Assembly (NCBI RefSeq): GCF_964355755.1
Contig: NC_092670.1
Location: 40,536,388 to 40,600,387 of the forward strand
DNA from: Antedon mediterranea
Lineage: Eukaryota; Animalia; Echinodermata
Direction: 5' to 3'
Length of the DNA: 64,000 nucleotides
The notes under the pieces were generated by a model. It ran no database searches and was not told the DNA's origin. It worked only from the letters and a program-made list of their open reading frames with translations. Below, piece by piece: positions 47,001-60,200 of this stretch. The number at the start of each line of letters is the position of its first letter. Positions within the stretch are counted from its first letter, which is position 1. The position numbers were made by a program, and so were the translations under genes.

Positions 47001-48173
47001 AGATTAACTCAAGGATACATTTTTGCTGTGTACTCTGTAGTGAACAGTTATTAACTGTAACACATTTTAAACTGGAGATAAACAAAAAAAGAGATGCAAT
47101 TTCATTTGCATTACATTGTTTAAGTAGGGCTGAGATGAGATGAATCAGTGTATCGCAGCAGAAATAATAAGTAAACCTTACTCTTTCTGAAAGATGCATT
47201 GTGAACAAGAGCTACAGTAGATGTGTACATTCTAAGTTTTTATCTGAAAAGATTTGTTCTTTTCTCAGAACTATGGCTAACAGAAGAGCCTTGAACCTGT
47301 GCCGATTTTATGAATGACATTTACGACATTGTGCAAGTACAAGTTTCTAAATCAGCTTTAGGACTGTTGCCAGCTAGCAATGCCACCTCGTTGTACTACT
47401 ACTGGTACACTGCTGTTATACTAAATAGTTATCGTACTGTCCAGTTTGGGGGCGGAGGTGTGATTATACTTGAGGGCAGGCTTATACCGGGGTCAGTACG
47501 GTAAACTTAAAAGCTGCAATGAAATGGTAACAAACCGTTGCACCAGTAAATTAATGTGAAAACAAAGTAGTGAAAAGTGCAAAGTTCACTAGTATTAATA
47601 CATTGTTAGAACTGCAACGCAAACAACTCATTTACGTGATAGTTGAAGTCCAATGCGTTCCTCCAATAACATGCGGTATCATCTTGTGCACCCCTTCTCA
47701 TGTGGCATTCTTGCGGTATCATCATGTTTTGTGGTACAATCATTGTTACATAGTTTTTCTTCGGTTGAGTTTTATACACGGTATTTTGTCGTTTGCTGAT
47801 ATGGATTAACTTATGTGGAGGGAGTTGGGGGAGACTTTCATTGTTGTTTTCCGAGGATTCATTTTTGATTGAATCCTGAGTTCCGTTGAGGGCAGCAGAA
47901 TCCTTATTGTTGAACCATTTCCTAAATGACTGCTGAGGCCCACAGATAGATTAATATTTTAAAGCAATTTATTAATCAGGAATACTAAAAGATTTTGAGC
48001 TCATAAGAGGAAAAAATACATTTATTTTTAAATCAATTCTAGTCATCATTAATTAAGCCTGTTTTTCACTAGGAAAATATAATAGCACGCATTTTAAGTA
48101 AATTGCCAAGGACTATTAAAAAAAAATTGTTTAATTCAGTCCCAAGACAAACCTACATGGCACAATTTTTTGC

Positions 48174-48204
<31 letters not shown>

Positions 48205-51200
48205 TAATAATAATAATAATTTATACAGCGCACATATCCACTAAAGTACATCACAAATTGACATTTCAAATTCAGTTCGTGTGACATTCAACTAGTGGAA
48301 AACAAGCTATTAACGATGAAGAGGGAACACACTTTCAGAAATAATATAAATCATTACAACATGTACAGTAAATATTTGATTACATACAATTTGATATAAA
48401 TTCAATATTTCATCAGGAATCATACCTTTTTCATCTTATGTTTTGAATTTCCAGATCTTGCTAGTGCTGGAAGCATCTGGAAAGAAGCAACATGTTTTCT
48501 TAAGTCTACACTAGCAAACAAAAAAATGTGCCGCTATTTGGAGAAGTTTTCCAGTATCAGCTGGTGTCCTTCTCCGGATCACGTGATTAAAAAGACTGTT
48601 ATTTGGTTTGATTGGCTAAGTTCACAGCCTAACTCCTGCAAACTACAGGAGTCAACTGACTTTGCAAACTTTTTTTGTCGACTAATACAAATAATTTGTT
48701 CTTCAGATCATTAAACTGTGTTTGTTTACTTACAGGTACAGTTTTAGCTCTGTTTTTAGAGTGCTTTTTACTCTTTGATTTGGTCACTGTCTGCCCATCA
48801 CCTGACAACTGTGATGCTGGCATTTCTGAGTCTGATCCGCTGTCACTATCACTTGTGCTACAACATTAAAATAATAAATAAAACAAATGTGCAACCTTTG
48901 TCATTCAGTAAAGAGATTGACAAAGTAAAGGAAGAATTCTCACACAATTGTTAATACGCTGTTAACAGTGTCTACTGCTGTCTATATATTTGAATTAGCT
49001 TACAATAAATGTAGCTCAGTTTCAATGAGATAATACAAATTTATGACTGTTATTCTGTGCAACCTATGCTAGTTGGACAAAAAAGTGTAATGTGCCCAAA
49101 ATGGTAGGGATGAAATATGGGCATAATTGTTTGTCACTGTTAAAACAGAGCAGTCACAGTTTGATCATATTTGTATTTGACACAATTTTACAAACAATTA
49201 AACTTGAGAAACAAGAAACTAACTCAGATTCTGCAAATTCTTGTAAAGCATCCAAGTCTTGTAGAATGCCAACACATCCTTCAAATGTCTCTTCTGTTAT
49301 CTGCAGTATCAATGCTTCCATGTCTTCTTTCTTTACAACATTCTGATTGCTGTCTTTGGCTTCACTTTCTTTTCCAATTTCTGGCTGCTCTTTACCACCT
49401 AAGCATAAAAATGATTATTACTAGATTATACCATATTTATAGGAATGATTGTTCAGATGCTTACAATACTTGTTGTGAGGTGCTTATAGAACATGTATTT
49501 CTATTTCCAGGGTGTTATTATAATGGGTAAGATATTTGCATTAGAAAATCAGAAAATAACAACATACAGATGCTCTTATTCGTTGGCCCTACTTAAAATG
49601 TGTTGTTTTTTAGAAGGCTTATTAGAAGCACAAATTTGAAGTCGCTTGTTGACTAAAAAAAAATTAATGAAGAGAAATTGTTTTTTATTGTTGATCCAAT
49701 AGATCGAAAGTACTAACAATTGTTTTCACAAACATTCAATGTGCCTTCTCAATAATACTAGGATCCAAATTAAATATTAAGAACATTATAGTTTTTACTA
49801 ATGTTACCTTTACAATAATTCATGAGTCGTACAGGCATCACACCCCGGCCCTCCAGTACTTGGTGTGTGATGTCTCTGGTCATCTCAAGGATCAATTCTG
49901 AATGCAAACTTAGGAACAATACGAGAATGAATATGTCAGATCAATTCTAATGTATATATATGGAGTATAAAACAAGAAGGCAAGAAATATCTTTTTTCAT
50001 TGTTTTTATTTCTCAATCATTTCTTTATTTTTTGGTTTCATCTTTCATTTGGTTGTGGTTTAAGTGCATGAGATGATGTGCTATATTAACTAACTAACTA
50101 TAAGTGATATATTGGAAATCAATTAATTTTCAAATGGTAGAGACAAGTAAGTCAGTGAGAAGAAGAATCTGCCCCAACCAAGATTAGAAATGACAAATAA
50201 ATTGTCAAATCATTATGCGTACCTCTGATTGTTTTTAGCTGTGTGATACTGCAATATAACCTGTCCAAACTCACGACCCAACTCCTCAAAGTCTCTGATG
50301 TTAAAATGTCTTGATGAGGACATAGCAGTGTTCTTACTGCCGCAGAATGTCGCCTCTAGCGTGAAGCTGTTAACGATACCAAGCTGCCTCCACATCACTA
50401 CACGCCCTGTAGACTCTTTGCATTTACGAACCTGGAACTTGCAGCCTCTGAACGTAAACTTATCTGGTGCCTAAACGAAGACATAATTTAATCCATTTCA
50501 TTTAATACAAAAAAATAGAATTTCTATCAATTGAAACAAATTTATTTCTCCCTTATGTGATGAGGCTGTTTAATACATTATAAACGTTTAATATGACCAA
50601 CGTCAATAACTAATTTTGGGTTTGACCTGAATAAAAATAAAAACACACATATAATATTCAACTCTATTTTTTAATGCTTTGAATGATTTTATTTTTTTTA
50701 AACACATTTTGTTTTGAAAAAACAAATATTGGTTACACACCTTTCGCGACATTAGCCATGGAAACAAACGAAGACAAAGAAAGTTGGCTGGGTCAGCTTG
50801 CGTTCCTTTAGAGTCGCATCCATAAATGAACACATTATGTTTGCGACTGTGACCATGTAAATCACAGTACACAAGTACCTAAACAAAATATAAATATGTG
50901 GTAAAATGCTGAATTATAAAAACAGAAAACATACAGTATCTATATGTTACTGTTATGACTTTGAAACAAAAGAAATTGAAGTTGAATGTATATATCGTAA
51001 TTATTCGAATAAACGCCTCCCTCGAAATAAACGCCCCCTATCGAACATAATTTTGAATAAATACGACCATCGAAAGTGAAATAAATTATCAAATATTAAA
51101 TTTAATAAAGCATGTTTTGCCTTGTTCCATTACATCTCTTAAATCTTCCTTTTAAAAAAACAATTCAATAAATGAGAACTTCCGTAACTATGAAAATAAA

Positions 51201-54200
51201 AAGAAAATTATCGTTTTGTACTACAATACAAATTTGATATGTAGCACCTACCTACTATCATACAACAAGCTTGATATGTAGCACCTACCTACTATCATAC
51301 AACAAGCTTGATATGTAGCACCTACCTACTATCATACAACAAGCTTGATATGTAGCACCTACCTACTATCATACAACAAGCTTGATATGTAGCACCTACC
51401 TACTATCATACAACAAGCTTTCATAGTATAAATTTATCGTCATCAAATAACTCACCTCTCGTTGCCGCGAGAATGCTTCCAACATTTGTTTAGTGTGCCA
51501 TATCGTTGGAAAAGATTCCTTACGAGGATTTCGATAATTTCGGTTAAGGTCTCTAGCTGCCAACGAACACCGATAATTCCCAACAATTACGCCATCCGGG
51601 TTTAACATTGGAACAATTTTGAATATAAAGTTTTTGCGCAATTCCTAGAAAAAGGAGTAAAAGAATGGTATAATAAGTGGTAGAATGGAATAGGTTCAAG
51701 ATTTATACCTGTAGTCACAGGGTGCAGGGTTCATATCCTGTCATTAATCAGGCTCTGTCCACACTATCAAAAAAAGTGTTATGTGCCCAAATATGGTAGT
51801 GATAGGACATCATCATGTCCATACATTTTTTGTCACATAAAGTTTGATAGTGTAGACAAGACTTTAGATATGTATTCACTTTTTAAGGTGAGAAGCTAAT
51901 TGATTCCAAAATACTGAATAGAGATTTTTTTTAAAGTATTTAAGCACATGTGGCCAAGGATTACCAATAGTAAATTAACCACTGTTCTATCAGATAGGTG
52001 GTAATCCCCTGATACAGGGACTATTTTGTGAATCAGTTCTTTGGGGAAATCTCCTATTTAACCTATGACATGGGTAACAGTGAAAATTAAAATTTATGTT
52101 TGCATGTGGTTCTACTTAAGTAGCGACACCTTATATGTGGTGTACATAACATGGTAAATAGTGAAATAAAACCACAAAACGTGAGTACACAATTGAAAGT
52201 ACTGTAAGAATCAGGAGTCCATTAGAATGACACTTTTGGGAATGTCATTTCATCCTGTTTGAGAGAGGCTCAATTCCTACCTGAGCATCATGGTCTAGAC
52301 TTGTGAGGAAGTCAATGACCCCTTTCATGATCCAACTGGAGTTAGTTTCTCCTGGATGTACTCTGGCCGTGATTACAACACCTTTCTTCTCTTTGTCTTC
52401 AACCTCTTCACCTGTATGAGAAACAATGGTTTCTTTTATTAAAAATGTTTACCTTTATCTTTATAAAAATAATTTTACTAAGGAATATAATTCAAGTAAC
52501 ACTGTGTGAGACAATAGCTGGTTTAACATATTATGGAAAATGACATTTTATTCTCAATAGTTAAAAATAATTATACAAAATTGAGTATAATATTTTAAGT
52601 ATATGTAAATTTAGCAATAGAAAAAACAAGGAAGTTAAATTTTGAAATACTATAGATCTCTTTGATAAAATAAACACTACTGTACCATTAATTAACTGTA
52701 AAATATCTTTAAAAAATTAATCAATTATCCATTAGATGAAGAGATAGTTAAGAGGTATACAGCTATTTCCATTATATGATAGGAATTATTACCATTAGAT
52801 GAGGAGATAGTTAAAAGGTAACAGCTATTTCCAGCTCTCGTCTCGCACATCACTTCTCGCTGTAAATAGCGCCCTCTAACTGGATCAGAAATGATTGAGT
52901 CGATGTGTTCTTTAAGATCAGTGAATGTAAAAGGGTAACAATGAGCTAAGTAGCAAGTGTCTTCCTCATGGTCAAATTCCTACAAGATGACAAATAATTA
53001 GTTAATTAATATTCCTATACTTTATATATATTATATATATTATATATAACTTTAAACACAGAGGGAGTAAAAGATAAAAAAGATGTCTTAATGTCTATAG
53101 CTCTGTCTACACGATCAAACTATAAAAAAATGTGATGTGCCCATATATGGATGATGATATAATATCACTACCATATTTAGGAATATCAATATTATTATTT
53201 GGGCACATCACACTTGTTTGATAACTAATTAGAAAAAAAACTAGTTTAATAGTGTAGACAGAGCTTTATCCTTCAACATAATTTTATTGAAACAAAAAAG
53301 ATAGAACAAAAAAGTAGTGTAAAAAAGTGGTGTTACCATTTGCCACTCTAAAACATAGTAAGTCATATCGGGGTGTAGAAGTGGGTTCCTTGATGTGTAG
53401 TTGCGTCTGTAGCTTATATGATGTCCGCTGCGTTCCCATCCGATACTTTTCAATGTCGCTTTCTTTTCAGAGTATAATAAAGGACGCATACCTGTCAAGA
53501 AAATTTAATTTAAACATTTTTTTTTTAATTATTTAAAAATGTAATGACATAATTGTCTCAAAAACAATCACATGTGCTTCTTTTCAAGCAATTTAGTAGG
53601 TTTTATTGAATTGACACCTCATTAATATTGTAAACCAACTAGATCATTAATTTTAAAATGTGCCATGTTTAAAAAAAATCCTGTGGGCTTACTTTTGATG
53701 CAATAAAAAGATTGGGTAGTATTAAATGTCTATATATTCTCACACCCACTGACACAAACACAATAAAAATATAAAATCTATCAAACAAATAAAATAAAAA
53801 CACAAGGCTAATAATTGTTCACTGATCAAGGTCAGTACTATGATAATGTTACATGATATTTATTTGTTTTTGTTGTAAACAAAAAAATTTGAATTGTCCC
53901 AGATAATATAACCCATCCTTTTATATCCTGCCATACTTCATTGACGTCATACACTACTGTGACGTGTGGCATGTATATTGTTTGTGTGATTTCTCATACT
54001 TGTACATACTACTGATACATTGTATACAAACAAATGTGAGCATGTTTATCATTTCCAGCTTAAGATGGCCGGCTTCTTTTAAAACAATTCCCACACCTGC
54101 ACTTTCACGCCCTCCTTCAATCAACAATGTCATTCTATACCATATATTTTCATATTTATCTTTCTTAAAGCTCTAATAGATTATTTTAATAGCTTTGACT

Positions 54201-57200
54201 TTGACACCAAAGACAATGAAAGATTGTTTTTTTGTTGTTGGACTTTAATTTTACAATTACCAGGGCCCATGGTTCAAATTCTGCCAGTTCCAGGATTTTT
54301 CTGACAGCCAATATAGCGCCACTACTTAAACTCATATGAGACTCAGTTTTGAAAGCATGTTTTTTCTGACTGTAATTGGCGAGTTATGTGTTGTTGTTTG
54401 GTATGAGAAGTAGAAGTTATATATTTACAGTATATTGAATCTGAAATCTGAATCCTTTTGGTAACCACCCTCATTTCAGAGAGTGGTGTAGTTGTGGGAA
54501 TCTATCACAACACTTATTGGTTTGTAAGCATGTGTAGACTTTTCTGCTTTGTTTGGTGTTGCCTAGTGTAATAAAAATTAATTCTGAATTACCATGGTTA
54601 TAAAGACTGTCACGCTTGAGTAGGTTGATAATACTGAATTTATACGTTACTCCAGGAACCATGTGCTGAAGGCGAAAATAATACCACTGGGTGTGTCTGT
54701 TGGTGTACAGGTCAGTCTTTAATAGGAGTTCATATTCAAACTGACCTCTACAAGAAAAAAGATTTGATTTGATTTACTCATTATATTTAAATACAGGTAA
54801 CAAAGAACATTAAAGTGATAAAACAAACAAAAAATAATGAATAATAAAATAGACAATGTCAACGTATTTTGAAAGTTTTAAATGTAAACGCCATCGTTTC
54901 AACAACCCTCTTTATGTCAATGGCTACCAGATGGACCATGTTTTGAGCATGATGTTAATGCCTTAGGCTACCAGATGGACCATGTTTTGAGCATGATGTT
55001 AATGCCTTAGGCTACCAGATGGACCATGTTTTGAGCATGATGTTAATGCCTTAGGCTACCAGATGGACCATGTTTTGAGCATGATGTTAATGCCTTAAAA
55101 CTTATTTTCATGTCCTGTAATAGCATGTTTGTCAACTTACACTCGCTTTGCTTGACGCAAGTTGCCAGACTCAAACCGTGATTCAAATAGAAGACTAGAA
55201 CAACAACCCTCAGGAACATCAAGAATGGCACTTGTCCGAGATGACCGCTCAGAATCGTAGACCATCAGTGACCCATCCCAAGGACGGAACCAGCGTGTGC
55301 GTTGATTGTGGACGGTTCTTGCTTTTTGGGGGACTGAAAATATCAAAAAGAAAATACATTCATCAACAAATCTATAAAATATAAAAAAGAAAATACATTC
55401 TTCAACAAATCTATAAAATATGAAAAAGAAAATACATCCATCAACAAATCTATAAAATATTTAAAGGAAATGTCCAAACCAAAGGTCAAACCACAGCCAC
55501 CAGGATTTGTGGTTGTTTAAAAATATTTACTTTATGTAAAAAAAGATTTGATGTGCCCATATAAGGACATGATGTCATATCACTACCATATTTGTTCATA
55601 CCACTACCATATTTAGGCACGCTACACCTTTTTTTGTCAAGTTTGATGTTTAGTTTGATAGTGTAGATAGAGATTAATCATACAATATTAAATCAATAAA
55701 AAAATACACACTAATAGTCTGAGGTATTCAATACACCTACCATTTAATTCTTCAGGCTCACTTGGTACCGTTCTCAAATGAGATGGTGTTTGAAAGATAA
55801 AACTAGGGTGACATAGAGGCCAAAAAGGACCACCTACAACGCCACGTCCTTTATCCCATACGGTGTACTGCCAGAAATCACGCCTTAGGAAGGGCGAGGA
55901 TCCTGAAAGGGGCTCTAGGCTCTCTTTAGCCATAGATTGTTGCGATTGGTTGCCGCTTGCACTAGGCTTAGAAGAAGATTTTCCAGAGAGGCAAAGGTCC
56001 ATCATTATATCCACATGTTTAATCTTTCAACACTAGTTTATATACAACGTCTAAGCACAATAATTAATTTAGGCTTTGCGATCAAAATGCGTACCAACAG
56101 TAGATTACAAACCAAGTCTAGGCCTAGGCACAATAATTAGGATATAATCACAAATGAGAGGTATCATAGCCTAAAGTTACAACTGAAGTGATTTGTCCAT
56201 GCCGACACAGATATGTTTACATAGTAACAACTGATAATAGAGATGAACAGATAACAAATATTGACTAGGATGGCTGAGTGTGCACTTCTTGTTATCGTGT
56301 AATCCTAAAGCCCATTATCTTTCTTGCTAATTTTAAATCCTAGTCCGTTAAAATCTTTGATTTATTTTGAGTGTTTGCTTATACCTTGTAGGGTTTCTAA
56401 GTAAGTTGATAAGTAGTAGTTCTATGCCATGATAAACCTAAAATACAGAATGAAATTAAGTTTACCAATTAATCATGACAGAGCTTTATCGAACAAATTT
56501 TCAACCAAATAAAAACAAGAATATTTGGCCAAAGAATTCCTAAGCAAGCCACCCTAGATTATGTCAAGGCTCAGTAACTCTTCTGTCCGTGTTTCGCTCG
56601 GTTATTCTTGTGTTCCATTTGATGATTCTTCTGTCTGTGTTTCGCTCCGTTTCATAGATACACTTTTATCAATCACAATACAAATAATCCAAAGTATTGT
56701 AGTGTAACACAGAAAAGTCAAAGGTCATGATTAGCAACAGTGTATGAAATCAGTACATATCACTCCAACAGTACACTACAAATGATAACAAACCCAAAAC
56801 AATAAATAAACCTGTGTAAATGTGTAAATTCCGATGTTAAACAATCGTAAAAGTATTATGTCAATATGAGAGGAATCTTCACACCTAGGTTATTACCGCT
56901 ACAAGCAATTTTCTCGCAAGTACAAAAGGACGGTCGCACCTGCCATGTGAACACACCTTTTGTCAAACTGTATTATTTCCATGGTAACAGTTTGAAATGA
57001 CATGTTTGCTCAATTCCTTTGTTTGTTTTTCCCTCAGGTTATTTGTCACGCTTTTATTTAAATCTTTTATTTTTCCAAAGGCCTTATATTATTTCACATA
57101 AATAAAACTAACAATTCTCAACATATCTATTAAATAGAGAGAATTGGACTAAAAAGAAATAAACAAAAACTTATTATTGCAATTACTGACCATATATACA

Positions 57201-60200
57201 GAAATACACAATACATTAAAACAAAATAAACAAAATAGAAAAGGATTATTAGATTGAAGAATAGAATTTTCACCTTCAGAGTAATTTTTGCATATGTAAT
57301 GTTGTATGTGAAATTCTACTGTAGGGAATTATTGACCATAATAAGTTTATCCCACGCAACCTAACATTCTGTATCCACATATTTTTTAGTGTAATGAATT
57401 ATGAAACTTTTGTATCTTTGACCAGACATAAATCATTTCTCTCTAGGGATTTATAAACTTAATATTTATATTTGTCTTCCCTTTTTAAAAATTCAAGTGT
57501 ATTCTATTAGTTTATACCAAAGTGTTTGTTACCGTATTTGAACACAGAATCTAAACCACAATGGAAACCCCACAGACTGCCATTAAACTCAAATAGAAAA
57601 CAAGAGCATCTAAACATAGCTTAAATTTCATACTCATTATACACTGACACAATCTAATTAACAACCTCATTGAAATCACCTAATAAACACACATTACTTA
57701 AACGCTATCAATTACAAACATGATCTTAGCTTCTGTGTCATTGTTAACTTAAGTACATTGGTTCATGGAGTTTAGGATTGGTTACACTTAAATAGCGCCC
57801 TCTTTTTAAGTTTCCTTCTAATTTTTGAACAATAAAGAAAAAATATATTTACAGTAACAAACTTTCTGAATATAATTTGTTTGTTTTCTTACAATTTTCA
57901 ACCTGTCCCCAGCCAAGTTTAGTCAGTTTCTTAGCAAAAGGACCACAACATCTCCTAACCCCATTAAAGCATACTGACCTAAATAGGTTTATTTATGTAA
58001 TAATTTAAAATAAACTATTTAATCTGATGTTTTTATGACAAAAATACAGTGTTTGAGATTCACAAATTTATGAATATTTATAGGATTTTGGCTACAGGAT
58101 GTTAGTAATAAAGAAACAATTATGTATTGTATAATGCAACATGTTGCCAATTTGATGTACATATCACCTGCTATACCACTGTAGCATGTCGATACTTAAT
58201 AGGCCTACCGGTAATTAATGTTTCTTAAGTTGCCTAGTGCCATTTTTTATGTGAATGATTAAAATGAGAAAATCTTTGAGTGGAAACATTTTATATATAA
58301 AAATTTACCAGGTTGAATACTGCTGTTGAATAAACAAACTAATAAATAATAATAAATCAAGAGCAAACATAATGTCTATGTATATTTTATAAAAAAATGA
58401 CAATATATGGAAATAATTTTCCACTGATGAATGAATGAATGACACTAAACATTTATTTATTTTAAATGAAAGTGTATAATATATATACACTAGCAATGAT
58501 GAACAGATGTTGCCGAAAGCTCTGCCAATTTTTCTGGCTGTTTTACTTAATGGTTTTGATTTGGCTTTTTGCTCAATATATTTTGTATCTCCATTGAGAT
58601 CCAGCCAATGATACCCACAGCATTGTCATTTTTACAGTAAATTGCCTTTGGATTTACAATATAGTTGAAATATAACACCTTAAGAAAGTATAACAGAATG
58701 CATTGTATTTTGAATAAAGATTTAGTTTCTATCAAAATATTGCCCCTAACCAATACTAGAGATTGTTTTGGGGGTGGTAGTGTTGCTTAGCAACAGTGTT
58801 TTAGTTTGGTATAGGTGATTTAGCCCAATCTTTGATCAATTGCACTATGAAATCCATAATGTTCTCAAAATTTGATGAGCATTTATGGGTAATTTGCAAA
58901 TGTTCCCTAAGTATAAATATTAATAAATCTATCTATACTAAGACCATCAAAGCACTTTATAAATAGACAAATGGTTGCGTGTGTGGGTAAGAGGTTAGAT
59001 ACACAGGCCTACTTCAGATTACTGCTTAATAGCATCTATTAATGTTCAACAGGCATAAGACGTACAAGTGTTATCATTTCTCTATCAAATTTATTGAAAT
59101 TAATGACAGACTTTGCACACACATTACACGCCTGACGAAATTTGTACAGTACATGGGTGTCATCTTCTTGATTTCGGAAGGGGTCACACGACATCAAGGA
59201 TGTTCTACGTACAGTATAGACTAGTATGTGAGAAATATTACTTTTATACCCTTACACTACATCACCTAGCAAAACATTATAAAAACACACAAGGGACTAT
59301 GAAATAAAAATGCTGTTCGCAAATAACGTCATGCAATATGATTACAAAAAAAATGTGACAAATATGATGTTTTCCACAAACACTGACAATTGCGAAATGT
59401 GAACAGGAGTTTACTACAATTAAACCCTCTTCACAACTGATTTATGCTCCATGACGATAAGAGACAAAATGATGACATCAAAACAAAAATATTGAGATAA
59501 CATTTCTATGAAAAAAGGAATTTATTATTAAACAACAATTCGTCAGAACAAGGAATTGGATGTGTGGTTCCAATAGAATAAGTTGTATTGTTAATTTTTT
59601 CTAAGAAAATCTCAAAACCGTAAACCAGAAATTGTTTTAATTATTGTTATTGAGGTAGAAAATCCAAAAGTTTTATTCAACCAAATCATTTTAATACTAA
59701 AATTCACAGTAAATTATGCGTTAAAGTCATTGGCATTTCAGAAAAGATTCACAATAAACAATTTTTAAAAAAAGATGAGATTTGTTATGGTTGTGTAGTC
59801 CAATAAAAATACGTTTTTTTTCATCCAAAAACAACCTTTACAATATTTTAGGCAACATAAGTGATTTTTTTTTTCCTTTTTGTAATTAAGATTAGTTAAG
59901 AGAGACGGCAATGTGGCTACAGTATCTGGCCTCTCTGGGAGACTCATCTGCAAACTTTCATTAAAAAAAATGTTGACATTTCACAGAAATCATCACCAAG
60001 CAATGTCCACCATATTATAGTATTAATATAATATCCTTAGATCCTTAATAGAGCATTTAAAGTGATTATTTATAAAGCCTACAACCCTATGATGAAATCC
60101 AATTAAGCTCCAAGTATTTGCAAAAGTGGGTCAAAATTGTCTAATGAAATTACACAGGTTTTGGAGAAAGTAGACAGAATACATACTGTACAGTACTATA

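Noticed and set aside
46852-47208. 118-aa ORF and many other 60-130-aa ORFs in AT-rich DNA
   Set aside because: No recognisable motifs or consistent splice phases; chance ORFs or antisense shadows of real exons.
58309-58620. Possible additional AGBL micro-exon or alternative exon
   Set aside because: Candidate lengths (11 or 14 nt) break the required phase, and the nearby open stretch lacks a start or acceptor.
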